From NCBI GenBank assembly GCA_035502015.1, contig DATJVA010000126.1, positions 1 through 51,254 on the forward strand: a DNA stretch of 51,254 nt, written 5' to 3'. The translations under genes were made by a program, and so were the position numbers. The stretch is from Thermoplasmata archaeon. GTDB taxonomy: Archaea; Thermoplasmatota; Thermoplasmata; Lutacidiplasmatales; UBA184. How positions within the stretch are numbered: position 1 is the stretch's first letter; each line of letters begins with the position of its first letter. Below, piece by piece: positions 43,279 to 51,122 of this stretch. The notes below the pieces were generated by a model that saw nothing but the letters and a program-made list of their open reading frames with translations, had not been told where the DNA came from and made no database searches.

Positions 43279-44477
43279 GGCACGGTTCGTCGGCTCGTCG
43301 GCCGATCACCTCGGGTTCGAGGCGCCCTTCGAGGGCCTTTCCTCGGGTGGAAACCCGGCGGCCATCCCTCGGCATCCTTGCGGTGGCCCCGCTGCTTGTC
43401 CCTCTCGTTTTCGGCGGGACCGCCACCGGGGGTTCGACGGAGCGGTCCGCTCCAACCGAACCGAACTCCGATCTCGCCGCCTACGAGGCGATCGCCGAGC
43501 GTCCCCGCCTCCGCGAACGGTGGGCACGGCGGCCCCCCAACCTCGGTTTCCTCGTCGGCGCCGGGATGCTACTGGTCTACCTGGTCGCTGGAGTAAGCGC
43601 TCTCTTTGTGTTCCGGGGCTCGCTGGATACTCTGCCCGCCAACGCCGCGTGGATGAACTCGGCGACCGTAATCGGTCCCTCCCAGGCCCACCCTTTCGGA
43701 GTGATGCCGGGGTTCGGCACCGACCTCTTCGACGCGTTGTGGAGGGCCGCGCCCTGGGACCTCGGCATCGTCACGTCCATCCTGGCCATTGACGTCTTCC
43801 TGGGGTTCTTCCTCGGCGCGATCGCCGGTCTCAACGAGGGCGGGCTCGCCGATGCGTTCATCACGTTCGTCTGCGACTCGCTCGGCACGATCCCGACGTT
43901 CGTGCTCGCCTCGATCACGTTCGCGGGACTTCTCGCCGTAGCGCCGGGTTCCGTCGGCCTCCCGGTCTTCGTGGCGGTGTTCGGGGTCATCCTCTGGCCG
44001 ACGATGGCCCGAACGGTACGAGAGCGGGCCCGCATAGTCGCCCACGAACGGTACACCGACTCGGCGCGCGCCTCGGGTGCGTCGTTCTCTCGCATCCTTC
44101 TCCGACACATCATGCCGAACTCGGTCGGACCCGTGCTCGCCCAGTTGCCTCTCGACCTGGCTCCCATCTTCTTTGTTCTGGCGGCGTTCCCATGGTACTA
44201 CAACTGCCAGCTTCCGGGCGGCCACCCGACCCCTCCATTCTCGCCACCGGTCCCGTACCTTGTCCCGATCCTCCCCGCGTTCTCTCCGCTGCCCAACTCG
44301 GCGTTCCCGGAATGGGGCTACCTGCTCGGTTTCGGGACCTGCGAGGCGTTCACGTTCCCGGGGAACTTCGGCTACTGGTGGATGTATCTCTTCCCTCTCC
44401 TCGCGATCGTCGGTCTCGGCGTGGCGGTGGGTCTCGTGTGCGATGGCATCGAGCGGTGGCGGCACTTCGACCGGTGA
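43275..44477 (+). CDS. ABC peptide/nickel-type transporter permease (DppC/OppC family)
   Basis: 400 aa. ATGA overlap with dppB. EAA region YTDSARASGASFSRILLRHIMPNSVGPVLAQ. No cognate ATPase or binding-protein gene is adjacent. Confidence 0.8.
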   Translation: MRHGSSARRPITSGSRRPSRAFPRVETRRPSLGILAVAPLLVPLVFGGTATGGSTERSAPTEPNSDLAAYEAIAERPRLRERWARRPPNLGFLVGAGMLLVYLVAGVSALFVFRGSLDTLPANAAWMNSATVIGPSQAHPFGVMPGFGTDLFDALWRAAPWDLGIVTSILAIDVFLGFFLGAIAGLNEGGLADAFITFVCDSLGTIPTFVLASITFAGLLAVAPGSVGLPVFVAVFGVILWPTMARTVRERARIVAHERYTDSARASGASFSRILLRHIMPNSVGPVLAQLPLDLAPIFFVLAAFPWYYNCQLPGGHPTPPFSPPVPYLVPILPAFSPLPNSAFPEWGYLLGFGTCEAFTFPGNFGYWWMYLFPLLAIVGLGVAVGLVCDGIERWRHFDR

Positions 44478-44485
44478 CGTCACCG
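44472..44485. promoter_or_regulatory. Perfect 14-bp palindrome CGGTGACGTCACCG spanning the dppC stop codon
   Basis: Read directly. The TGA stop is at 44475-77, inside the left arm. Function unknown. Confidence 0.3.
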
Positions 44486-44969
44486 AGAGATCGAAAGACC
44501 GCAGAGCGTCGCGTGCATCGAACCCGATCGCCCCGTGACATCGGGTTCTCGAAGTGGCGCCCCGGTAAGTGCGGACCGTCCGACGCGGATCGTCGGGTGC
44601 TTGCGAACGAACCCTGCCGCCCACCGAAGGTCTAACCCGCGGCAATAATGCCCCCCAGAGTATCCACGTCCATCTCGCGAGAGGCCCTGGGCCTTGTCGT
44701 GCAGGTGACCGACGTCCTGCTGCTCCCCCGCCCGTCGCGCCGTATCCGGCGGTACCCCCCACCGTGAGAGTGTCCCTCCGTCAGACTCGCCCCCGCCCTG
44801 GCGGGAGACCCCTCCGAGCCCCCCCTGAGGCTCTTCGTAGTGGGGCTCCCTCTCCCTCGCGGCGAACCCTTTCCTTCGCCCTTCTCTTCTTGTCGACGCG
44901 AACAGGAGCTCTGACCGTACGGACGGGAGCTGAGGTCTCGCTCGGGACCCCTGCAGGCGCCCTTTCGGT

Positions 44970-47204
44970 TCAGGATTCGCGCGTCGGGGGGGCGAGCGTC
45001 AACCCGAGCCCGTTCGCGACCGCGGCGTTCGGGCCCGGGGCGGCGGTCGCACCTGAAGGAGAAGTAGCCTCGCTGATCCCGACGGCGATTGCGACCCAGA
45101 CCGCCGGGTTCGCGAGCGTGGAGGAAAGCGAGATGGTATTTCCGGTCTCGACGGCCGCGAACGTGCCGAATCCCTCGCCGTCCTCGAACGGTCCCGTGGT
45201 GTTTCCTGTGGTATCCAGAAGGGTCTCGCCCGAGGTCGGGGCAAAGGGAGCGTCCCTCTGCTGTCCGGAGATCCCGAGAAGGACCAAGTCGTTCGCATGG
45301 CCGGTCGTGAGCGTCACCGACGCGAACGCACCATCGGCACTCTGTTCGACGATCCCGTCGGCCGCCGGGGAGTCCGAGCCCACGACGTCGATCGCGGCGA
45401 CCGCGCAGCCCATGGCCGTCGACCCTCCGGTCATCGTCACCGAGACCGCGAGCGTCGTGGCGGCATGGATCGGCTCCGACACGAACAGTTCCTCGGAATG
45501 GTTCTCGGCGAATCCTGTGGAGGAGAGGGCAAAGTAGCTATCGCCGGCGGTATCGGTGATCGCCCCGATCTCGCCACCGCCAATCTCCGCATTCACGAAC
45601 CCGACGAAGACAAAGACCGAGCTTCCCGCGGCAACGCTGAACGGAGAAGTGTTCGTGCCTCCCTGCGAAGCGCAGTCGGGGCACGCCCCGATGCCCACAC
45701 CGATCGCGTTCCAGACGCCGGAGCTCGCGAGCTTCGCGGAGAGGTCGGCGGACGCTCCGGTCTCCAGGGACGAATAGGTTGCGAAACCCACCGCGGTCCC
45801 CGATGGAGCACCGGTATCGTTGATGCTGTCGAGGGGGGTTTCTCCCGAAGTCGGAGCGAAGGGAGTGTCTTCGGCGGGTCCCGACAGGCCCAAAAGCAGG
45901 AGGTCGTTCGAACTACTGGTTGATACCGAGACCGAAGCAGTGACGCCGGAACCGCTCTGGTCATTGACCCCGTCAACGAACAGCTGTCCCGCTCCCGCCA
46001 CGTCCACGACTCCGACGGAGCCGCCGTTGGAATCCTCTCCGCCCGAGAAGTTCGCCGTCACGCTAACTGTCGCGTTGATCGGGATCGGCCCAGCGACGTA
46101 GAGCGTCTCCGTGTGATTCTCGGCGAGTCCCGTCGTAACGACGAGCGAGTAGGAATCGCCGAGCGAATCCGTTATCGCTGTTCGGACCGCGCCGCCACTG
46201 AGAGCGTTCGCGTATCCGAGAAACGCGAACACCAAGCTCCCGCGTTCGACCTGGAACGCAGGCGTCGTCGTGGAGGCGCTGGAAAAGCACCCGTTGCAGC
46301 CGACCAGCCCGACACCGATGGCGTTCCAGACGGCGGGGGTGGCGAGGGTGGCCGAGAGACCCGCGCTCATGCCCACCTCCGTCGCCGAGTACGTGGCGTA
46401 CGACTCGCCGTTCTCGAACGGTCCCGAGGTCCCGTTGCCCGTGTCCAGCGGGGTGACGGTCGACGTCGGCGAGAACGGAGTGTCCTTCTCCTGTCCGGAG
46501 AACGCGTAGAGGACAAGGTCGTTGGAGTGACGCGTGGTGAATGACACGGAAGCAAGGCCTCCGGAGCCGCTGTCGTTGCCGATCCCGTCCACGAATGGGA
46601 TCGCGGGTCCCGTCACGTCAATGGCCGCCACCGAACCGCCTGCTACAGTCGCCCCGCCCGAGAAGGTGACCGACACGATGAGGGAGGCGTTGGCCGATAG
46701 AGGCTCAGCGACATAGAGGTCTTCCGTGTGATTCTCGGCGAAACCGGTGCTGGTGACGAGAGAATAGGAATCGCCGAGCGAGTCCATCACCGAGGTGACC
46801 GTCGCTCCACCGATGAGGGCGTTCGAGTATCCCACGAAGACGAAAACGGCACTCCCGATAGGGACCGACATCGAAGGAGTGCTCACCGTGGGGCCCGCGC
46901 CGACAGTGGCGACGTGGTTGTAGACCGATAGCGGGCCGGGCGCGGTAGTGGTCGTGGAACCCACGATCCCGTACGTGTGGCCGTAGACCGACGCCGGCCC
47001 GCCCGAAGTGGGCGAGACCTCGCCGTTGCCGACTCCCCACCCGTGGGCGTAGACGGAGACCGACCCACCAGTGCCCGTAGGGCCTCCAGTCCCGCTCGAC
47101 CCCGGCAGGAGCACTGCGATGAACAGCGTTCCGACGAGGACCGCGGCTACGACCCCCACGACGAGGACGATCGTCCGAGGATCCCGGAACGATGGCGAAC
47201 CCAT
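44970..47204 (-). CDS. Membrane-anchored extracellular protein with three ~205-aa tandem repeat domains (unknown family)
   Basis: 744 aa from ATG 47204 (track start TTG 47216). N-terminal signal anchor (TIVLVVGVVAAVLVGTLFIAVLL), Gly/Thr/Ser linker, and three mini-repeats SVY-x-H. Three long repeats each contain VFVFVGY..., DSLGDSYSLV, GFAENHTE.LYV, SNDLVL and AVWNAIGVG. Linkers are GCNGC and ACPDC. Many N-x-S/T sequons. TATA-like CCTTTATCG (minus strand, 47247-55). Confidence 0.7.
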   Translation of the reverse strand: MGSPSFRDPRTIVLVVGVVAAVLVGTLFIAVLLPGSSGTGGPTGTGGSVSVYAHGWGVGNGEVSPTSGGPASVYGHTYGIVGSTTTTAPGPLSVYNHVATVGAGPTVSTPSMSVPIGSAVFVFVGYSNALIGGATVTSVMDSLGDSYSLVTSTGFAENHTEDLYVAEPLSANASLIVSVTFSGGATVAGGSVAAIDVTGPAIPFVDGIGNDSGSGGLASVSFTTRHSNDLVLYAFSGQEKDTPFSPTSTVTPLDTGNGTSGPFENGESYATYSATEVGMSAGLSATLATPAVWNAIGVGLVGCNGCFSSASTTTPAFQVERGSLVFAFLGYANALSGGAVRTAITDSLGDSYSLVVTTGLAENHTETLYVAGPIPINATVSVTANFSGGEDSNGGSVGVVDVAGAGQLFVDGVNDQSGSGVTASVSVSTSSSNDLLLLGLSGPAEDTPFAPTSGETPLDSINDTGAPSGTAVGFATYSSLETGASADLSAKLASSGVWNAIGVGIGACPDCASQGGTNTSPFSVAAGSSVFVFVGFVNAEIGGGEIGAITDTAGDSYFALSSTGFAENHSEELFVSEPIHAATTLAVSVTMTGGSTAMGCAVAAIDVVGSDSPAADGIVEQSADGAFASVTLTTGHANDLVLLGISGQQRDAPFAPTSGETLLDTTGNTTGPFEDGEGFGTFAAVETGNTISLSSTLANPAVWVAIAVGISEATSPSGATAAPGPNAAVANGLGLTLAPPTRES
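45072..46883 (-). repeat. Three tandem, diverged ~615-bp coding repeats
   Basis: Protein-level period ~205 aa. The VFVFVGY/LVFAFLGY/VFVFVGF motifs sit at track residues ~124, ~328 and ~534. Repeat boundaries are approximate. Confidence 0.65.
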
Positions 47205-47325
47205 CGACACGGACAAACTCTCTGACCCGGTGAATCGATGGTCCTACGATAAAGGAAATGGGTTCCGGCCCCACCGGGGACACCTAACCACGGTAGGGCA
47301 CTTCGCGTTGCGGTCAGCCTTTCCG

Positions 47326-47616
47326 CTACGGTAAGGTCGAGAACTCCGACCCTACCACGTCCCGCAGCCCGCGGACGAGGAACATCAAGGCGTCATACCC
47401 CTTCGGCGTCAACACGACGATAGGGTGCTCGGAGCCCGCATCGCTCAGCGCGAGCAGTCCGCGGCACACCGTCAGGTGGAGATACCTCTCGAACTGGGTG
47501 TAGTTCATTCCGGAGGCGATCTGGAGCTGCGTGCGGCTCAGCGTTCGCTCGCTCGTTCGCACGGTGTCCAGAAGCCGGACGACCACGTAAAGGTCGGGCC
47601 GCTGGAGAGGCTCCAT
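47326..47616 (-). CDS. Small winged-helix DNA-binding protein (COG3432-like)
   Basis: 96 aa: LYVVVRLLDTVRTSERTLSRTQLQIASGMNYTQFERYLHLTVCRGLLAL....VVLTPKGYDAL. Size and pattern match small archaeal wHTH regulators. Starts 5 nt after the upstream gene stop. Confidence 0.6.
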   Translation of the reverse strand: MEPLQRPDLYVVVRLLDTVRTSERTLSRTQLQIASGMNYTQFERYLHLTVCRGLLALSDAGSEHPIVVLTPKGYDALMFLVRGLRDVVGSEFSTLP

Positions 47617-47621
47617 CGGGG

Positions 47622-48350
47622 TCAGTACCTCTGCCAGAAGGCCCACTCGAGCTGCCGGAACCGTTCGTCCACCGCCCGCACCTCGGGGTCGAGCCGGCGA
47701 ATCTGGCGTACGCTTTGGCTCACCCAAACCCAGAGTGCGAAGCTGCAGCCGAGGAACGTGGCGGCGATGGCGAGGGGCCAGAGCTGCGCGGGCCACGACC
47801 CGGCGCTGCCGAGCAGCTTGGGGGCCGCCTTCACGAGTCCGGTCCCGACGCTCAAGAGGGTGACGACGACCAGCAGCACGGAGACAGCGAGCTGCGCCGG
47901 GAGGAAGGACCACTCCTTTCGCATCTGACCGATCACACGGGTCGCTGCGTCCAAGGACGGTCCTTGGGGCTCCATCTCGAGAGCAGGGGTCCTTCCTCGG
48001 CGAGTAAACCGCCGGACCGACCGTCGGAGGAGCAACCGAGGGAACGCGATGACGACCGCTCCGAATGCAACGACGGCCACGGAGAAGAGCCAGCCCGGTC
48101 CGAGAAACGGACTCGCAAGGGACTGCGGGGAAGAGCTGGAGGCAAGGTTGCCGAGCCCGAGCCCGAGCAGCAGCAGTCCATCCGCCCGAAGGAACGCGAC
48201 GGTGGTTCTTTCCCATAAGGAGCGGACACGAAGGGCAACCGCGTGCACCTCCCCGAGCGTGGCGCTGTATCGCTCAGCATCGAAGGGAGACGTCAGTGCC
48301 GACGGAGGTGGAGGAGGCGGTGGCGGTGGAAGGCGCACGGGACCGCTCAC
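47622..48350 (-). CDS. Hypothetical membrane protein with N-terminal poly-proline tract
   Basis: 242 aa from GTG 48350: MSGPVRL-P9-SALTS... with about four hydrophobic segments and an amphipathic C-terminus. No family recognised. Confidence 0.5.
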   Translation of the reverse strand: MSGPVRLPPPPPPPPPSALTSPFDAERYSATLGEVHAVALRVRSLWERTTVAFLRADGLLLLGLGLGNLASSSSPQSLASPFLGPGWLFSVAVVAFGAVVIAFPRLLLRRSVRRFTRRGRTPALEMEPQGPSLDAATRVIGQMRKEWSFLPAQLAVSVLLVVVTLLSVGTGLVKAAPKLLGSAGSWPAQLWPLAIAATFLGCSFALWVWVSQSVRQIRRLDPEVRAVDERFRQLEWAFWQRY

Positions 48351-48372
48351 GCTGGTTCGACCGAGGTCTTCC

Positions 48373-48381
48373 TAGTAAAAG
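48373..48381 (-). promoter_or_regulatory. TATA box candidate for the membrane-protein/wHTH genes
   Basis: Minus-strand CCTTTTACTA, centred ~27 nt upstream of GTG 48350 (leaderless pattern). Confidence 0.4.
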
Positions 48382-48450
48382 GTCACTCCATGTCGTTACG
48401 TGATACGGCTGATCCGTCCGTCACCCGAAACTCCCTGGTCGGATTGAGAG

Positions 48451-48524
48451 TGGACTGGTCGGGATTTGAACCCGAGGCCTCCGGTTTGCAAAACCGGCGA
48501 TCTTCCGGACTGATCTACCAGCCC
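48451..48524 (-). tRNA. tRNA-Ala (anticodon UGC)
   Basis: Hand fold of the minus strand: GGGCTGG-TA-GATC-AGTCCGGAA-GATC-G-CCGGT-TTTGCAA-ACCGG-AGGCC-TCGGG-TTCAAAT-CCCGA-CCAGTCC-A. It has the G3:U70 alanine identity pair. TATA-like AAAGCATAAGAC lies ~29 nt upstream and overlaps the Nudix stop codon. Confidence 0.85.
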
Positions 48525-48553
48525 ATCCCGCGGCGGAGGGAGCGGCCTCCGTC

Positions 48554-49297
48554 TTATGCTTTCGGAGGCGCGCCGGCCAGAGACTCCCAGACCTGGTCGA
48601 GCTTCGGCACCGTGGCTCGCCGGCGGATCTCGGACGGTTCGACCCACTCCGCGCGCGTGTGCTCCCAGTCGAGCCGGACCTCGGTCGACCGCGTGCGGAA
48701 CCGGAACGGATGGACGACGAACACCCGAGCGCCGTCCCTCGCCAGGACGGGCGCGCCCTCGCTGACGAGGTCGAGCACGCTCGCGCCCAATCCCGTCTCC
48801 TCGAGGACCTCCCGAAACGCCTGCTCGAGGGGTGTCGCCGCCTCGAGGAAACCGGAGACCCCGGCCCAGTACCCCTGGAACGAGCCGACCTTCGACGACC
48901 TCTCGAGGAGGAGGATCCGACCATCCGCCCGCTCAAGGAACGATGTAACGACCCGGACCTCCTCCACCCCCTCGATCCGGAACCGGCCCAGCGTACCGTT
49001 CACCTCCACGGTCTCCTCCTCGCGAAGGACGTCCCGGTCGACGCGAGCGACCGTCGGCTTTCGCACCACGTGCCCGGTCTCCGTCGGTGTTCCGTGCAGA
49101 AGGAGCCCTACCGTCTCCTTCGGCAACCGTGTCTTCGGCGGCCACCACGACGCCGGGAGCGCGAGGACCTCCGGGCCGGACCGCCCCGAGCTCCAGTGAT
49201 GCGGGTCATCTACGAGATGCACCGGCCCCACTCCCAGACCACGGTAGATCCCGAGCGCTGGGAGCGTCACGTTCCGAAGAATGGCGGCCCCGCTCAT
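48554..49297 (-). CDS. Nudix hydrolase with N-terminal extension
   Basis: Nudix box GYWAGVSGFLEAATPLEQAFREVLEETGL (Gx5Ex7REUxEExGU). Third-position GC stays ~86% up to about 49192 and then drops to ~71%. The start is therefore uncertain: ATG 49297, GTG 49231 or GTG 49222. Confidence 0.7.
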   Translation of the reverse strand: MSGAAILRNVTLPALGIYRGLGVGPVHLVDDPHHWSSGRSGPEVLALPASWWPPKTRLPKETVGLLLHGTPTETGHVVRKPTVARVDRDVLREEETVEVNGTLGRFRIEGVEEVRVVTSFLERADGRILLLERSSKVGSFQGYWAGVSGFLEAATPLEQAFREVLEETGLGASVLDLVSEGAPVLARDGARVFVVHPFRFRTRSTEVRLDWEHTRAEWVEPSEIRRRATVPKLDQVWESLAGAPPKA

Positions 49298-49361
49298 CGA
49301 CTTATGGGAGGAGGGGTGCGAGCGCGACAAACGCCATCTACTCGAGCCCAGTCGTCCCTGC

Positions 49362-50369
49362 GTGCGACTCAGTGCGTTCACGGTGGTCGACGACTATCCC
49401 GCGGGGGCGCCGTCCAAGCGCCTGCTCGAGGTCGTCCGGCTCGCGGAGGCGGCCGAATTCGCCGGCCTATCCACGCTCTGGGTCGCCGAGCACCACTTTC
49501 ACTCGGGTGGTGTCTCGCCCACTCCCCCCGTTCTCCTCGCGGCGCTCGGCGCGCGAACCAAGAGGCTCCGCCTCGGGGTGCTTGTCTCGGTCCTTCCGTT
49601 CCACCGACCGATCGACATCGCGGAGCAGTACGCGGTGGTCGACCAGCTTCTCGAGGGACGCTTGAACCTCGGCGTGGGCAGCGGGTACATTCCCCTCGAG
49701 TTCGAAGGGTTCGGGATCGACCCGGCCGAGAAGCGCGAGCGGTTCGACCGCGCACTGGGGACCATCCTGGCCGCGTTCGAGGGCAAGGAGATCCGCGGTG
49801 ACGAACCGGGGGCCCGCCCGGTCCGGCTCAACGTCCAGCCGTTCCAGCAACCCCACCCGCCTCTCTGGATCGCGGTCCAGCGGCGGGAGGCGATTCCATT
49901 CGTCGCGCGACAGGGAGCGTCCCTCGCGCTCGTCCCGTACGCGACGCTCGCCTCCCGCGACGAACTGGCCGAGGAGGTGCACGAGTACCGCGCCCATCTC
50001 CGCCCGGACGTTCGGGGCGAGGTCGCCGCCGCGCTCCATCTCTACGCGGGACCCCACCCCGACCGCGCGCGACACGCACTTCAACGATACCTCGATAGCC
50101 GACTCGCCACCCAGAGCGCGTTCTACCAGGAGAAGGTCCGAAAGGACCCGTCGCACGCGAACGCCGCGACGATCGAGAAGAGCGGATGGGCTCTCTTCGG
50201 TTCGGCTCGCGAGGTCGCCGATGGGCTGCGGGAGTTCGGTTCGACCGGCGTGGACGAGGTCCTCGGGATCTTCGACTTCGGGGGTCTGCCGGTCGACGAG
50301 GTGGAAAGTTCGGTGCGCGCCCTGGGTCGAGAGTTCGGTCCGGAAAAGGCATCGGCCGAAGCTCCTTAA
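49362..50369 (+). CDS. Luciferase-like (LLM-class) flavin/F420-dependent oxidoreductase
   Basis: 335 aa from GTG 49362: VRLSAFTVVDDYP...AEFAGLSTLWVAEHHF...LGVGSGY..., the LLM TIM-barrel pattern. The track start ATG 49281 is an alternative. Confidence 0.7.
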   Translation: MRLSAFTVVDDYPAGAPSKRLLEVVRLAEAAEFAGLSTLWVAEHHFHSGGVSPTPPVLLAALGARTKRLRLGVLVSVLPFHRPIDIAEQYAVVDQLLEGRLNLGVGSGYIPLEFEGFGIDPAEKRERFDRALGTILAAFEGKEIRGDEPGARPVRLNVQPFQQPHPPLWIAVQRREAIPFVARQGASLALVPYATLASRDELAEEVHEYRAHLRPDVRGEVAAALHLYAGPHPDRARHALQRYLDSRLATQSAFYQEKVRKDPSHANAATIEKSGWALFGSAREVADGLREFGSTGVDEVLGIFDFGGLPVDEVESSVRALGREFGPEKASAEAP

Positions 50370-50401
50370 TCCCGGGGTTCCTCGACCCCTCGGAGCAGCC
50401 C

Positions 50402-51070
50402 ATGCCGGAAATCTTGCCCGGAATCCACCTCGTGGAAGGAGTCGACCCGTCCCCGGATTTCTCGACGCACGTCTACCTTGTGAAGGAGAAGGGAGGTGCG
50501 TGGACCCTCATCGACACGGGTCTTCCGGGAGCCTCGACCGCCATCCTCGCGTACTTGGCGAAGCTCAAGGTCGAGCCGACCGCCGTGAAGAAGATCCTGA
50601 TCACTCACCTCCACCGTGACCACACCGGTTCGCTCAAGGCGATGCTCGAGAAGACGCACGCTCGCTCCTTCTCGCACTGGATCGAGGCGGCGTACATCGC
50701 CTGCGACCCGGTCTACGACGGTCCGGGAACCCCTCCCGCCGAACCGGTGACGATCGACGAGGCGTTCAAGGACGGCGACCCGATTGATGCGGCCGGGGGC
50801 CTGATCGCCTACCATACCCCGGGCCACACGCCCGGACACGCGTCGTTCTACCAGCCGGAGAGGAAGATCCTCTTCTCGGGTGACCTCTTCTTCGTTGAGG
50901 GCGAGACTCCCACCCTAACCCCGCCGGACTTCACCCACCACACCCCCACCGCGAAGATCTCCGCGCGAAGGATGGGCCGGCTGTCAGTCGACTCGCTCCT
51001 GACCTACCACGGTGGCCCGATCCTGAAGAACGGGGGCGCTGTCGTCCGCACGCTGACCCAGAAGCTCTGA
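50402..51070 (+). CDS. MBL-fold metallo-hydrolase
   Basis: 222 aa from ATG 50402. Motifs LIDTG, HLHRDHTG (HxHxDH), HTPGHTPGH, and YHGGP near the C-terminus. Confidence 0.8.
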   Translation: MPEILPGIHLVEGVDPSPDFSTHVYLVKEKGGAWTLIDTGLPGASTAILAYLAKLKVEPTAVKKILITHLHRDHTGSLKAMLEKTHARSFSHWIEAAYIACDPVYDGPGTPPAEPVTIDEAFKDGDPIDAAGGLIAYHTPGHTPGHASFYQPERKILFSGDLFFVEGETPTLTPPDFTHHTPTAKISARRMGRLSVDSLLTYHGGPILKNGGAVVRTLTQKL

Positions 51071-51122
51071 GGGTCCCGCGGGGCGGCGGTTCTATCGTCG
51101 CCGCCCCGGCCCGACCCGCGAA

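Noticed and set aside
44478-44969. RNase P RNA or SRP (7S) RNA in the long gap
   Set aside because: I scanned both strands by eye for the GGAAAGUCC-type CR-I/CR-V elements of RNase P RNA and for the helix-8 GGAA/AGCA or UGUAAC motifs of SRP RNA, and found none. The region is kept only as an unexplained non-coding region in the findings.
43569-45537. Track ORFs 43569..44762 (-) and 44569..45537 (+) as possible fillers of the 490-nt gap
   Set aside because: Both mostly overlap confident genes (dppC and the repeat surface protein) on the opposite strand. Both are Arg/Pro/Gly-rich with no motifs, and I saw no coding-type third-position bias in the gap part.
48302-48328. GGAGG/GGTGG-rich simple repeat as a non-coding microsatellite
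   Set aside because: It is the antisense of CCN codons encoding the in-frame Pro9 tract of the 47622..48350 membrane-protein ORF.
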